Translations under genes and position numbers: made by a program | The notes under the pieces: model-generated | Told to the model about the DNA's origin: nothing | The model's input: only the letters and a program-made list of their open reading frames with translations | The model's database searches: none | Assembly (NCBI GenBank): GCA_012103375.1 | Contig: WLWX01000001.1 | Coordinates: forward strand, 2,210,492 to 2,274,491 | Reading direction: 5' to 3' | Length of the DNA: 64,000 nucleotides | Source of the DNA: Paracoccaceae bacterium | Lineage (GTDB): Bacteria > Pseudomonadota > Alphaproteobacteria > Rhodobacterales > Rhodobacteraceae | Part shown: positions 8,911 to 16,743 of the stretch, in pieces | Numbering within the stretch: position 1 is the stretch's first letter | How the letters are laid out: every line of letters begins with the position of its first letter

Positions 8911-10206
8911 ATGCTCGACGATAAAGACCGCATCTTTACAAACATCTACGGGATGCACGACCGGACCCTGGCGGGCGCGAAGGCGCGCGGGCATTGGGAC
9001 GGCACTGCGGGTCTGATCCAGAAGGGTCGCGACTGGATCGTGGAACAGATGAAGGCCTCGGGCTTGCGTGGTCGTGGCGGGGCAGGGTTTCCAACCGGCC
9101 TGAAGTGGAGCTTCATGCCCAAGGAAAGTGACGGCCGCCCGGCGTATCTGGTGGTCAATGCCGACGAATCCGAACCCGGCACCTGCAAAGACCGCGAAAT
9201 CATGCGCCACGATCCGCACACGCTGGTCGAAGGCTGCCTGATCGCCAGTTTCGCGATGAATGCGCACGCCTGCTATATCTACATTCGCGGAGAATACATC
9301 CGCGAGAAGGAAGCGCTTCAGACAGCAATTGACGAGGCGTATGACGCAGGGCTGGTTGGCAAGAACGCCTGTGGCAGCGGATGGGATTTCGACATCTATC
9401 TGACCCACGGCGCGGGCGCCTATATCTGTGGTGAGGAAACCGCGCTTCTGGAAAGTCTTGAAGGCAAGAAAGGCATGCCGCGGATGAAGCCTCCGTTCCC
9501 AGCCGGGGCCGGGCTTTATGGGTGCCCGACGACTGTGAATAATGTGGAATCGATTGCCGTGGTGCCGACGATCCTGCGGCGCGGACCGGAATGGTTCGCA
9601 GGCTTTGGCCGCCCCAACAACGCCGGCACCAAGCTGTTCGCGATCAGCGGTCACGTGAACAACCCCTGCGTCGTTGAAGAGGCGATGAGTATCAGTTTCG
9701 AGGAATTGATCGAAAAGCATTGCGGCGGCATTCGCGGTGGCTGGGACAACCTGAAAGCGGTGATCCCCGGCGGATCATCGGTCCCCTGTATTCGCGGTGA
9801 GCATATGCGCGAGGCGATCATGGATTTCGATTACCTGCGTGAACAGCGCAGCGGCCTTGGGACGGCTGCGGTGATCGTGATGGACAACGACACCGACATC
9901 ATCAAGGCGATCTGGCGGTTGGCGAAGTTCTACAAGCACGAGTCATGCGGCCAGTGCACGCCGTGCCGTGAAGGCACCGGCTGGATGATGCGGGTCATGG
10001 ACCGGCTGGTCACCGGAGAGGCCGAGGTCGAGGAAATCGACATGCTGCTGGACGTGACCAAACAGGTCGAAGGCCACACGATCTGCGCGCTAGGTGACGC
10101 AGCGGCCTGGCCGATCCAGGGCCTGATCCGCAACTTCCGCGATGAAATCGAAGATCGCATCAAGCACAAGCGCACCGGACGGATGAGTGCGATTGCGGCG
10201 GAATAG
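8911..10206 (+). CDS. nuoF: NADH-quinone oxidoreductase subunit F (51-kDa subunit)
   Basis: ORF track, 431 aa. [13 protein letters not shown] (NADH/FMN site) and [12 protein letters not shown] (4Fe-4S). Confidence 0.95.
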   Translation: MLDDKDRIFTNIYGMHDRTLAGAKARGHWDGTAGLIQKGRDWIVEQMKASGLRGRGGAGFPTGLKWSFMPKESDGRPAYLVVNADESEPGTCKDREIMRHDPHTLVEGCLIASFAMNAHACYIYIRGEYIREKEALQTAIDEAYDAGLVGKNACGSGWDFDIYLTHGAGAYICGEETALLESLEGKKGMPRMKPPFPAGAGLYGCPTTVNNVESIAVVPTILRRGPEWFAGFGRPNNAGTKLFAISGHVNNPCVVEEAMSISFEELIEKHCGGIRGGWDNLKAVIPGGSSVPCIRGEHMREAIMDFDYLREQRSGLGTAAVIVMDNDTDIIKAIWRLAKFYKHESCGQCTPCREGTGWMMRVMDRLVTGEAEVEEIDMLLDVTKQVEGHTICALGDAAAWPIQGLIRNFRDEIEDRIKHKRTGRMSAIAAE

Positions 10207-10253
10207 GAAACCGGGTCGCCGACCGGTTTGATCCCGGCTGACCACGGGGTGCA

Positions 10254-11156
10254 TCAGCAGTTGATAATCTCGTCCAGCGGGCTTCCCGGCGGCGCAGTCG
10301 AGCCTGAGATTTTGTGCCACAGGTGAAGTGCGTCTGTGCGTGGTGTTGTCAGATCCGCGATACAAAGCTCGGGATCGCTCAGCTGGACAGCATGCTGACA
10401 GTAGAGTGGATAGAAGCGATCGATCTTGGACACTTCCGTCCACAGATCCAGACGTTTGACCAGATGCGTAATCAAATGCGGCCCCCAGATACCCCAGCCA
10501 AGCGCCTCGACGCTGACCTTTTTGCCGAAGATGCGAGCGCGTTTCATCCTTCGCTGCCTTGATTCACGAAACCAGGGCGGGATGAAGTGATAATTTTGGG
10601 TCGCCTCACGCAGGAGTTCGGAAAACGGGCTGTTTGGTGGGTAGTTCAGAATGGCTCCGTTGACAAAATTCTCTCGCTCGGCCCCCATGATATAGGGCGT
10701 TTCCGTGATCGGACGCAGGCAAAATATGTCACAGTCCGCATAGGTGCCAAATCCTTCCGCGATAAGCCGATACCGGTAACGGTCTGATCCCAGCCACCCC
10801 GTCCGGCAGGTCGGCGGGGCGTTCGTAGCAATGCATCGTAACGGCGTGCCCGTGGCGCAGGAAGGATCGCACGCAGGCTGCGTGGATGGGGCCGATTGTG
10901 TTGAAAAACTCCGTTTTAGGGCCTGAACGATGATTTTTCTTTCCATGCAGCCCGATCCTAAATTTTTGGCGCGGGGGTCGGCCCAAATCGCCTACATGCG
11001 CTCACGCGCAGCCATGCGCTGTCTCGTGGTCAAAGCTTTCCGACTATTTCGCTTCATAGGTTTTCGCAAGAAATCCGCGACGCTCTGATTTCGGAGTTTT
11101 TCAACACAATCGGCCCAAAACAGACCCGTGCCAGAACATATTGATATCGGCGGGCA
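10254..11156 (-). pseudogene. DXD-motif sugar-binding glycosyltransferase, disrupted by MITE copy 1 plus an internal frame change
   Basis: ATG 11156 encodes MPADINMFWHGSVLG to the right of the MITE. Deleting the element plus one GGCC continues the frame as PIHAACVRSFLRHGHAVTMHCYERPADLPDGV, which then stops at 10729. The remaining ~210 codons (SDRYRYRLIAEGFGTYADCDIFCLRPI ... WGPHLITHLV) lie in another frame (ORF 10254-10946). The switch is near 10781-10806. Confidence 0.65.
10894..11110 (+). mobile_element. MITE-like element, copy 1 (217 bp)
   Basis: GATTGTGTTGAAAAACTCCG ... CGGAGTTTTCAACACAATC. One T shorter in the right TIR than the other copies. Flanked by GGCC/GGCC. Confidence 0.85.
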
Positions 11157-11398
11157 TAAATCTCTCAAACAAAACTGACGCGACCGACTAACAACAAGCG
11201 TCGGGCCGAAGTGCAAGGGCATTCTGCTGCGCCCAGGTCTGCGGTTTCGGTGCATTTGTGGCGGATTGGCGTGAAAGATTTTGCGCAGAAGGCCGCGCGT
11301 ACGAAATACCGGGGTGCGAAACCGCTGGTCTTCGCATTGTCGTCAGGTGACATTGTGGTTTAACCACACCAATCGGACGACACAGAACGCGAACAGTC

Positions 11399-11638
11399 AT
11401 GAAAAAACTCCGCAACCTTTGGGATTCCATCCTGTCGTTCATTGCCGCGATCCTGACGGGGGTGATCTGTTTCGTGCCGGTCTGGGCGTCTTACCGGGCG
11501 ATTGACGACGGGTTGGTGCCAATCTGGGTTTGGGGGGCGATCATTGCGCTGGGTCTGGTTGGTCTGGTGATGATCGCGGCGTTCCTGAGGAAGGCGCGCG
11601 ACGGGGTGTCGCCGTTGCGCGACAGAAAGCGAAGGTAA
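11399..11638 (+). CDS. small two-TM membrane protein, unknown function
   Basis: ORF track, 79 aa. Its stop overlaps the next start (TAATG). Confidence 0.45.
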   Translation: MKKLRNLWDSILSFIAAILTGVICFVPVWASYRAIDDGLVPIWVWGAIIALGLVGLVMIAAFLRKARDGVSPLRDRKRR

Positions 11639-12051
11639 TGATGAAATCGAAAATTCTTGCGGGGGCCGCGCTGGTGGCGCCCATACTGGCCGGTCAGGTG
11701 CAGGTTGACAGCCATCTGCCGGAGGCCCCGGAGTATTATCTTGAAACGGTGATCGGTGTGTCGCTGGCCGAGCAGTATGTCTGGCATTGCCCGGACTTGC
11801 GCGTGAACGCAGAGGCGTTCGGCGCGGCCTATGCCGTCGTGTTGGAGCGGCTGGCAGAGATCGGCGTGCCATCGGATGCGCCGCACGAGCACATGCTTTT
11901 GCCACCAGCCGAGGAAACCGACGCTGTCATCCGCGACATGCTGGCGCGGAACGAAGACGCGGATGATCCGGGTGCGGCCTTTTGCGCCGAGGCCCGTGCA
12001 GAAATGGCCGCCAGTTCCGTGGTCGGCACATTCTTGGCCGAGGGCGAATGA
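11638..12051 (+). CDS. secreted protein, DUF5333-like paralog 1
   Basis: In frame within ORF 11530-12051, starting at ATG 11638 (MMKSKILAGAALVAPILAG signal). Shares the ...C....(V/I)......DDP...(F/Y)CA..R.E(M/I)...S.VG..L layout with the 12736-13143 protein. Confidence 0.55.
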   Translation: MMKSKILAGAALVAPILAGQVQVDSHLPEAPEYYLETVIGVSLAEQYVWHCPDLRVNAEAFGAAYAVVLERLAEIGVPSDAPHEHMLLPPAEETDAVIRDMLARNEDADDPGAAFCAEARAEMAASSVVGTFLAEGE

Positions 12052-12506
12052 AACAGCCTGCTGGACATCATCTGGCGCAGCTGAACGTCGGGCGTCTGGT
12101 TGCGCCGACAAACGATCCGCGTGTTGCCGAATTCATGGCGAACCTCGATCGGATCAACGGCTTGGGCAAGCGGATGCCGGGGTTTGTCTGGATCATGGAG
12201 GGCTCGGGCGAGCCCGGGACCGGCAACACCGAGACGGGGCTGGATGGCGATCCGCAGTTCGTGGCCAATCTGACGGTGTGGGAGTCGCTCGCAGCGCTGG
12301 AAACCTTCGTTTTCAACACGCTCCACTTCAAGTTCTTTGAGCGCCGAAAGGCGTGGTTTGAACCGTCGGATGGGATGCATTTCGTCATGTGGTGGGTGCC
12401 GGAAGGCCATCGCCCGACGCTGGACGAAGCCCGCGCGCGGCTGGCGCATCGGGCGGAACATGGCGACAGCGATCACGCCTTTGGCTGGGATTGGGGTGCT
12501 GATTAG
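12048..12506 (+). CDS. DUF3291 domain protein, paralog 1
   Basis: ORF 11982-12506 trimmed to ATG 12048 (ATGA overlap with the upstream stop). HLAQLNVGRLVAP.NDPRVAEFMANLDRIN...PGFVW...NLTVWESLAALETFVF...WF...VMWWVPEGHRPTLDEARARL matches my recollection of the DUF3291 family. Confidence 0.75.
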   Translation: MKQPAGHHLAQLNVGRLVAPTNDPRVAEFMANLDRINGLGKRMPGFVWIMEGSGEPGTGNTETGLDGDPQFVANLTVWESLAALETFVFNTLHFKFFERRKAWFEPSDGMHFVMWWVPEGHRPTLDEARARLAHRAEHGDSDHAFGWDWGAD

Positions 12507-12735
12507 GCGGTGTGGTAAGCGGTCAATACGCTTGGGCCTGAAACGAACCTGCCCGATCACAGTGCCGAGGGTCACAGCCATCCGGAGACGGATCGCTCAG
12601 GCGCGCAAGTGCGCCGGGCCCTGGCCTTAAGCAATCGCGCGCCCATGAACGAAATTGTCATTGCCCTTCGGTTTCGCCATTCGATAGATTGGGCACGTTG
12701 TTGATGTGCCAGTATTATTTGTTCGGAGTGACCCC

Positions 12736-13143
12736 ATGCGTCCCTTTATCCTGTCGACCTGTCTTGCCGCCTGTATTGCCTTGCCTTTGTCGGCACAGGA
12801 CCGTCCGGGCCTGGAATTCGAGGCGGAGATTGATAACTCGCTGCTGATCGTGATGACGGCCGATCTGATCCGCAAGAATTGCGAGGCGATTGATGCCCGC
12901 AAGATCAAGGCAGTTTTGTATATCAAGGGGATCGAACGGCGGGCGCGCGCGCTCGGGTATTCGAAGAAAGAGATCGAGCATCACGTTGAAGATGAAGACC
13001 AGAAGGCGCGCCTGAAGAAGATCGCGCTTGGGTATCTTGGCTCCAAGGGGTTGGTGGCGGACGATCCGGCGAGTTATTGCGCGGTCGGACGCTCTGAAAT
13101 CTCGGCAAAAAGCACTGTTGGCAGGCTGCTGAAAGGTGGCTGA
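12736..13143 (+). CDS. secreted protein, DUF5333-like paralog 2
   Basis: ORF 12706-13143 trimmed to ATG 12736 (GGAG 8 nt upstream). Signal peptide MRPFILSTCLAACIALPLSAQ. The family name is from memory. Confidence 0.6.
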   Translation: MRPFILSTCLAACIALPLSAQDRPGLEFEAEIDNSLLIVMTADLIRKNCEAIDARKIKAVLYIKGIERRARALGYSKKEIEHHVEDEDQKARLKKIALGYLGSKGLVADDPASYCAVGRSEISAKSTVGRLLKGG

Positions 13144-13848
13144 GTGGACGCGCCGGACAAAACGACCGAGATCGCGCAGATCAACGTCGCCCGGTTGCTG
13201 CACCCCTGGGGCGACGCGCGGGTTTCGGGGTTTACCAATGCGCTGATTGTGTTGAAAAACTCCGTTTTAGGGCCTGAACGATGATTTTTCTTTCCATGCA
13301 GCCCGATCCTAAATTTTTGGCGCGGGGGTCGGCCCAAATCGCCTACATGCGCTCACGCGCAGCCATGCGCTGTCTCGTGGTCAAAGCTTTCCGACTATTT
13401 CGCTTCATAGGTTTTCGCAAGAAATCCGCGACGCTCTGATTTCGGAGTTTTTCAACACAATCCGCTGAACCGGGTCAGCCGGGTGGCGCATCGCTCGCCG
13501 GGGTTCGTGTGGCAGCTTGAGGTCGGTCAATCGGCCCGCCCTGACAATGATCCCGATCAGGTGTTTGGGGTGGACCCATGTTTGGCTGTGACCCTGTCAG
13601 TCTGGAAAACGGCTGCGGACTTGCGGCGTTTTGTCGAGGATACCGTGCATGGCACATTCACAAAGCGCCGTGCAGAGTGGTTTGTGGCGTCAAACGGGCC
13701 GGCCTACGCGCTGTGGCCGGTAGCGGCTGGGCGTCGCCCGATGCTGGCCGAGGGCAAGGCGCGGCTAGAGGATCTGGCAAAGAACGGCTCAACCGCGCGC
13801 GCGTTTGATTTTGAATGGGTTGAGCGTGCCGACGTGTTGCTGGGTTAG
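13144..13848 (+). pseudogene. DUF3291 domain protein, paralog 2, split by MITE copy 2
   Basis: GTG 13144 encodes VDAPDKTTEIAQINVARLLHPWGDARVSGFTNAL up to the MITE. After the MITE plus CGCT the same frame continues NRVSRVAHRSPGFVWQLEVGQ...LSVWKTAADLRRFVEDTVH...ALWPVAAGRRPMLAEGKARL to stop 13848. The whole aligns with paralog 1. Confidence 0.75.
13245..13462 (+). mobile_element. MITE-like element, copy 2 (218 bp)
   Basis: Perfect 20-bp TIRs. Flanked by CGCT/CGCT. Confidence 0.85.
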
Positions 13849-13948
13849 GTTTCTGCTGGGCATCGAGAACCGGATTTACGTGACCGAAGCCGGGCAGGGG
13901 CCTGCCTGGCGGCTTTCTGTCACTGGAATGGTGCCGCCTGAACGCGCC

Positions 13949-14710
13949 CTACGTCCCAAACCGCGCCTGAAACGCTTCGCGATCCGCGCCGCTCAGCGCA
14001 CGCAGCGGCGGGCGCATGGTTGTCCAACCGGGATCGCCGCTTTGTGCCATCAGGGCCGTTTTCAGCGCCGGGATGACCGGGTGGGCGACGATGAAGTCGA
14101 CGTCGGCGCTGAGCGCCGCATCCTCAGCCTGCGTTTCAAACAGCGTTTGCATCCGCCGGGGGTAGATATTCGCCATGCCACAGATTGACCCGGCACCGCC
14201 AAGTGCGGCGGCTTTGTGCAACAACCGCTCATCCCCGACCAGAACCGGGATCGTGCGGCTTTCCAGCAGGGTGCGCGTGAAATCCCACTGACCGGCGCTG
14301 TCTTTCAGGGCGATGATCCGGTCGGGGAATGCCTCGAACAGGCGTGCGACCAGCTTGGGCGACAGTGGCACCTGCGTGACCTGGGGGATGTGGTACAGGA
14401 TGAACCGGGCCTGCGGTGGGGCTGCGTCAAACACCGATTTGTGCCAGTCAAACAGCGCCGCATCGCCCGGATCCTTGAAATAGAACGGCGGCAGAAGCAG
14501 GAAATCCGTGATCCCAAAGCTGACCGCCTGCTGCACCTGCGCGAGTGTGTCGGCCACAGCGGATGCACACAGGCCGATGGTCATCACATCGGGCGACACG
14601 CCGCTGTCGATCATGGCTGCAATCGTCCGGGCGCGTTCGTCAAATCCGATGGATGCGCCTTCGCCTGTGGTTCCGAACAGCGTCACTCCATTGGCTCCGC
14701 TTTCCAGCAT
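13949..14710 (-). CDS. dihydrodipicolinate synthase/N-acetylneuraminate lyase family protein (5' end problematic)
   Basis: ORF track, 253 aa starting MLESGANGVTLFGTTGEGAS. The same frame stays open upstream to 14854 and there encodes the conserved ...FGLSAALLTPFHADFSLNL... N-terminus, but it contains no ATG/GTG/TTG. The nearest ATG (14823) is in another frame. Confidence 0.65.
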   Translation of the reverse strand: MLESGANGVTLFGTTGEGASIGFDERARTIAAMIDSGVSPDVMTIGLCASAVADTLAQVQQAVSFGITDFLLLPPFYFKDPGDAALFDWHKSVFDAAPPQARFILYHIPQVTQVPLSPKLVARLFEAFPDRIIALKDSAGQWDFTRTLLESRTIPVLVGDERLLHKAAALGGAGSICGMANIYPRRMQTLFETQAEDAALSADVDFIVAHPVIPALKTALMAQSGDPGWTTMRPPLRALSGADREAFQARFGT

Positions 14711-14938
14711 CGTCTTCGCGTGGCTGCAAAACAGGGGCAGATTCAGGCTGAAATCTGCATGAAACGGGGTCAGAAGCGCGGCTGAGAGTCCGAAATGTGC
14801 GATGTTGGTCCCCGTTCGATCATATTGAAGGATAAGTGAAATCTGCGCGTCATGCTATTGGCTGCGGGCGCGAGGTCAACGTATCATATTGGCATGGAAT
14901 GCTGCGCCCATGCGCGGCCTCATGCGGGGATCACCATT

Positions 14939-15820
14939 ATGCAAAGGGTCATTTGCGCCGGATTGATTGCCGCTGACCTTGTGTTTGATGTGGATGCGTT
15001 CCCTGTGAAAGGGTCGAAACACCGCGCGGGTGGGGCGCGGTTGATCACCGGTGGCGGGGCGCTGAATGCAGCCTCGGCAATTGCAGCACTTGGAGGGGTG
15101 GCCAGTCTGGCCGGGGTGGTCGGCGACGATATGTTCGGGGACTTCCTGCGCCGGGCGATCCATGATCGCGGGATTGACGACCGGTATCTGACCACCGTGA
15201 CCGGGGCGGGCACGTCGTGTTCGGCCAATCTGATCTCGCCCGATGAGGATCGGACCATCATCAATCATCGTGATGGCAGTCTGACGCCAGATCTTGCGGA
15301 TCTGCCAGCGAATTTCCCGTTCGATGCCGCATTGGTCGACACCCGCTGGGCGGAAGGGGCCGCGCATGTTGTCGCTGCGGCGCGCAAGGCGGGTAAGCCT
15401 GCCGTTGTGGACGCCGAGGCACCGGTGGCCCTTGCCCGCACAGCGTTAGAGGGTGCGAGCCATGTCGTCTTCTCTGAGCAGGGGTTGGCGGATTTTGCTG
15501 GGGCCTGCGACGGCGCGGCCCTGGCGCGCGCGACGACCCAACTGTCGGGTTGGTGCGCCGTCACCCGTGGTGGCGCGCCGGTCCTGAGCCATGACGGGCA
15601 GCGCTTGAGCCAGCATCCGGTGTTCCCGGCGGTTGCGCTGAATACGCTTGGGGCCGGTGATGTCTGGCACGGCGCATTCGCCCTGGCGCTGGCACGTCAG
15701 ATGCCAGAACCTGACGCGGTGCGCTTTGCAAATGCCGCCGCATCGTTGAAAGTGCGGCGTCCGGTTGATGATGAGACTTGGCCCGGCGCAGCGGAAGTTG
15801 CGGCCCTGATTGAAGGATGA
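14939..15820 (+). CDS. PfkB-family carbohydrate kinase
   Basis: ORF 14852-15820 trimmed to ATG 14939 (MQRVICAGLIAADLVFDV...). ...TGGGALNAA... and the C-terminal NTLGAGDVWHGAF signature fit ribokinase/KDG-kinase-like enzymes. Confidence 0.75.
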   Translation: MQRVICAGLIAADLVFDVDAFPVKGSKHRAGGARLITGGGALNAASAIAALGGVASLAGVVGDDMFGDFLRRAIHDRGIDDRYLTTVTGAGTSCSANLISPDEDRTIINHRDGSLTPDLADLPANFPFDAALVDTRWAEGAAHVVAAARKAGKPAVVDAEAPVALARTALEGASHVVFSEQGLADFAGACDGAALARATTQLSGWCAVTRGGAPVLSHDGQRLSQHPVFPAVALNTLGAGDVWHGAFALALARQMPEPDAVRFANAAASLKVRRPVDDETWPGAAEVAALIEG

Positions 15821-15827
15821 TCCCACA

Positions 15828-16742
15828 ATGCAAACGCCCGCGCAGGTGTTGACGCTGAAAGGCGCGCCCGTTCCGACCCAACAGGTGGGGGCGTTGCGTG
15901 ATGCAGATCCGGGTGGCGATCTGGATCAGCAACTTACCACTGACAGCTACCTGCTTTTGCGGGGTGCCCATGACCCGGTCGAGGTTGAGGCCGCACGCCA
16001 GGAAGTGCTGCACCGGCTGGACGAGGTTGGCGAAGTGGCCGCGCCCGTGGAGCAGGGTATCGCGTCGGGCGTTTCCACGCGCCGCGCGCAGTATCCGACG
16101 ACACAGGAACTGGGCGCGTTCTGGCGATCTGTCAGCGAAGGTGACGCACTGCGCCGGGTCATAAACGGGCCGCGCATCACGGGGCTGATGGACAGGCTGT
16201 TCGCAACCCCCTCCAAACCATTCGATTTTGCCTGGCTGCGCGCCATGACCGCCGGGCGGGCCAGCCCGTTGCATGTGGATCACCCCTATATGAACCGGGG
16301 CACCGTCCGTCTGGTCACTTGCTGGACGCCGTTGACACCGATCACCCCGAAGGACGGTCCGCTGTATGTTCTTGAGGGGTCGCACAACTGGGCAGACATC
16401 CGCCAGCAATTTGAAGGCCACGATGTGGATCGCGACCCATCCCGCCCCGGCCATATTGAGGGCGATGCGATCGCCCTGACCTCAGCCCGGCGCAGCCGGT
16501 TTCTGACCACCGAATTCGCGCAAGGCGATTGCCTGATCTTTGGCATGTTCACCGTGCACGGTTCCTTTGACAACAACTCAGCAAATAACCGGATCCGGTT
16601 GTCCTGCGATACCCGCTTCCAACCCGCAGACGCGCCAATGGACGAACGATTTGCGGGGCCGGATCCCTCAGCGCATGGCGGTCTGGGATATGGGTGCCTG
16701 TCAGCATCATTGCCGCTGAGCGAAGCCAGCACGGCGCGCTGA
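15828..16742 (+). CDS. phytanoyl-CoA dioxygenase (PhyH) family Fe(II)/2-oxoglutarate oxygenase
   Basis: ORF 15810-16742; ATG 15828 preferred. ...SPLHVDHPYM... (HxD) and ...FTVHGSFDN...R... are spaced as in PhyH/EctD-like enzymes. Confidence 0.7.
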   Translation: MQTPAQVLTLKGAPVPTQQVGALRDADPGGDLDQQLTTDSYLLLRGAHDPVEVEAARQEVLHRLDEVGEVAAPVEQGIASGVSTRRAQYPTTQELGAFWRSVSEGDALRRVINGPRITGLMDRLFATPSKPFDFAWLRAMTAGRASPLHVDHPYMNRGTVRLVTCWTPLTPITPKDGPLYVLEGSHNWADIRQQFEGHDVDRDPSRPGHIEGDAIALTSARRSRFLTTEFAQGDCLIFGMFTVHGSFDNNSANNRIRLSCDTRFQPADAPMDERFAGPDPSAHGGLGYGCLSASLPLSEASTAR

Positions 16743-16743
16743 G

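Noticed and set aside
10894-13462. MITE copies 1 and 2 (same orientation) as ends of a composite transposon carrying the four genes between them
   Set aside because: Each copy has its own matching 4-bp duplication (GGCC/GGCC and CGCT/CGCT), and each interrupts a different ORF. This indicates independent single insertions.
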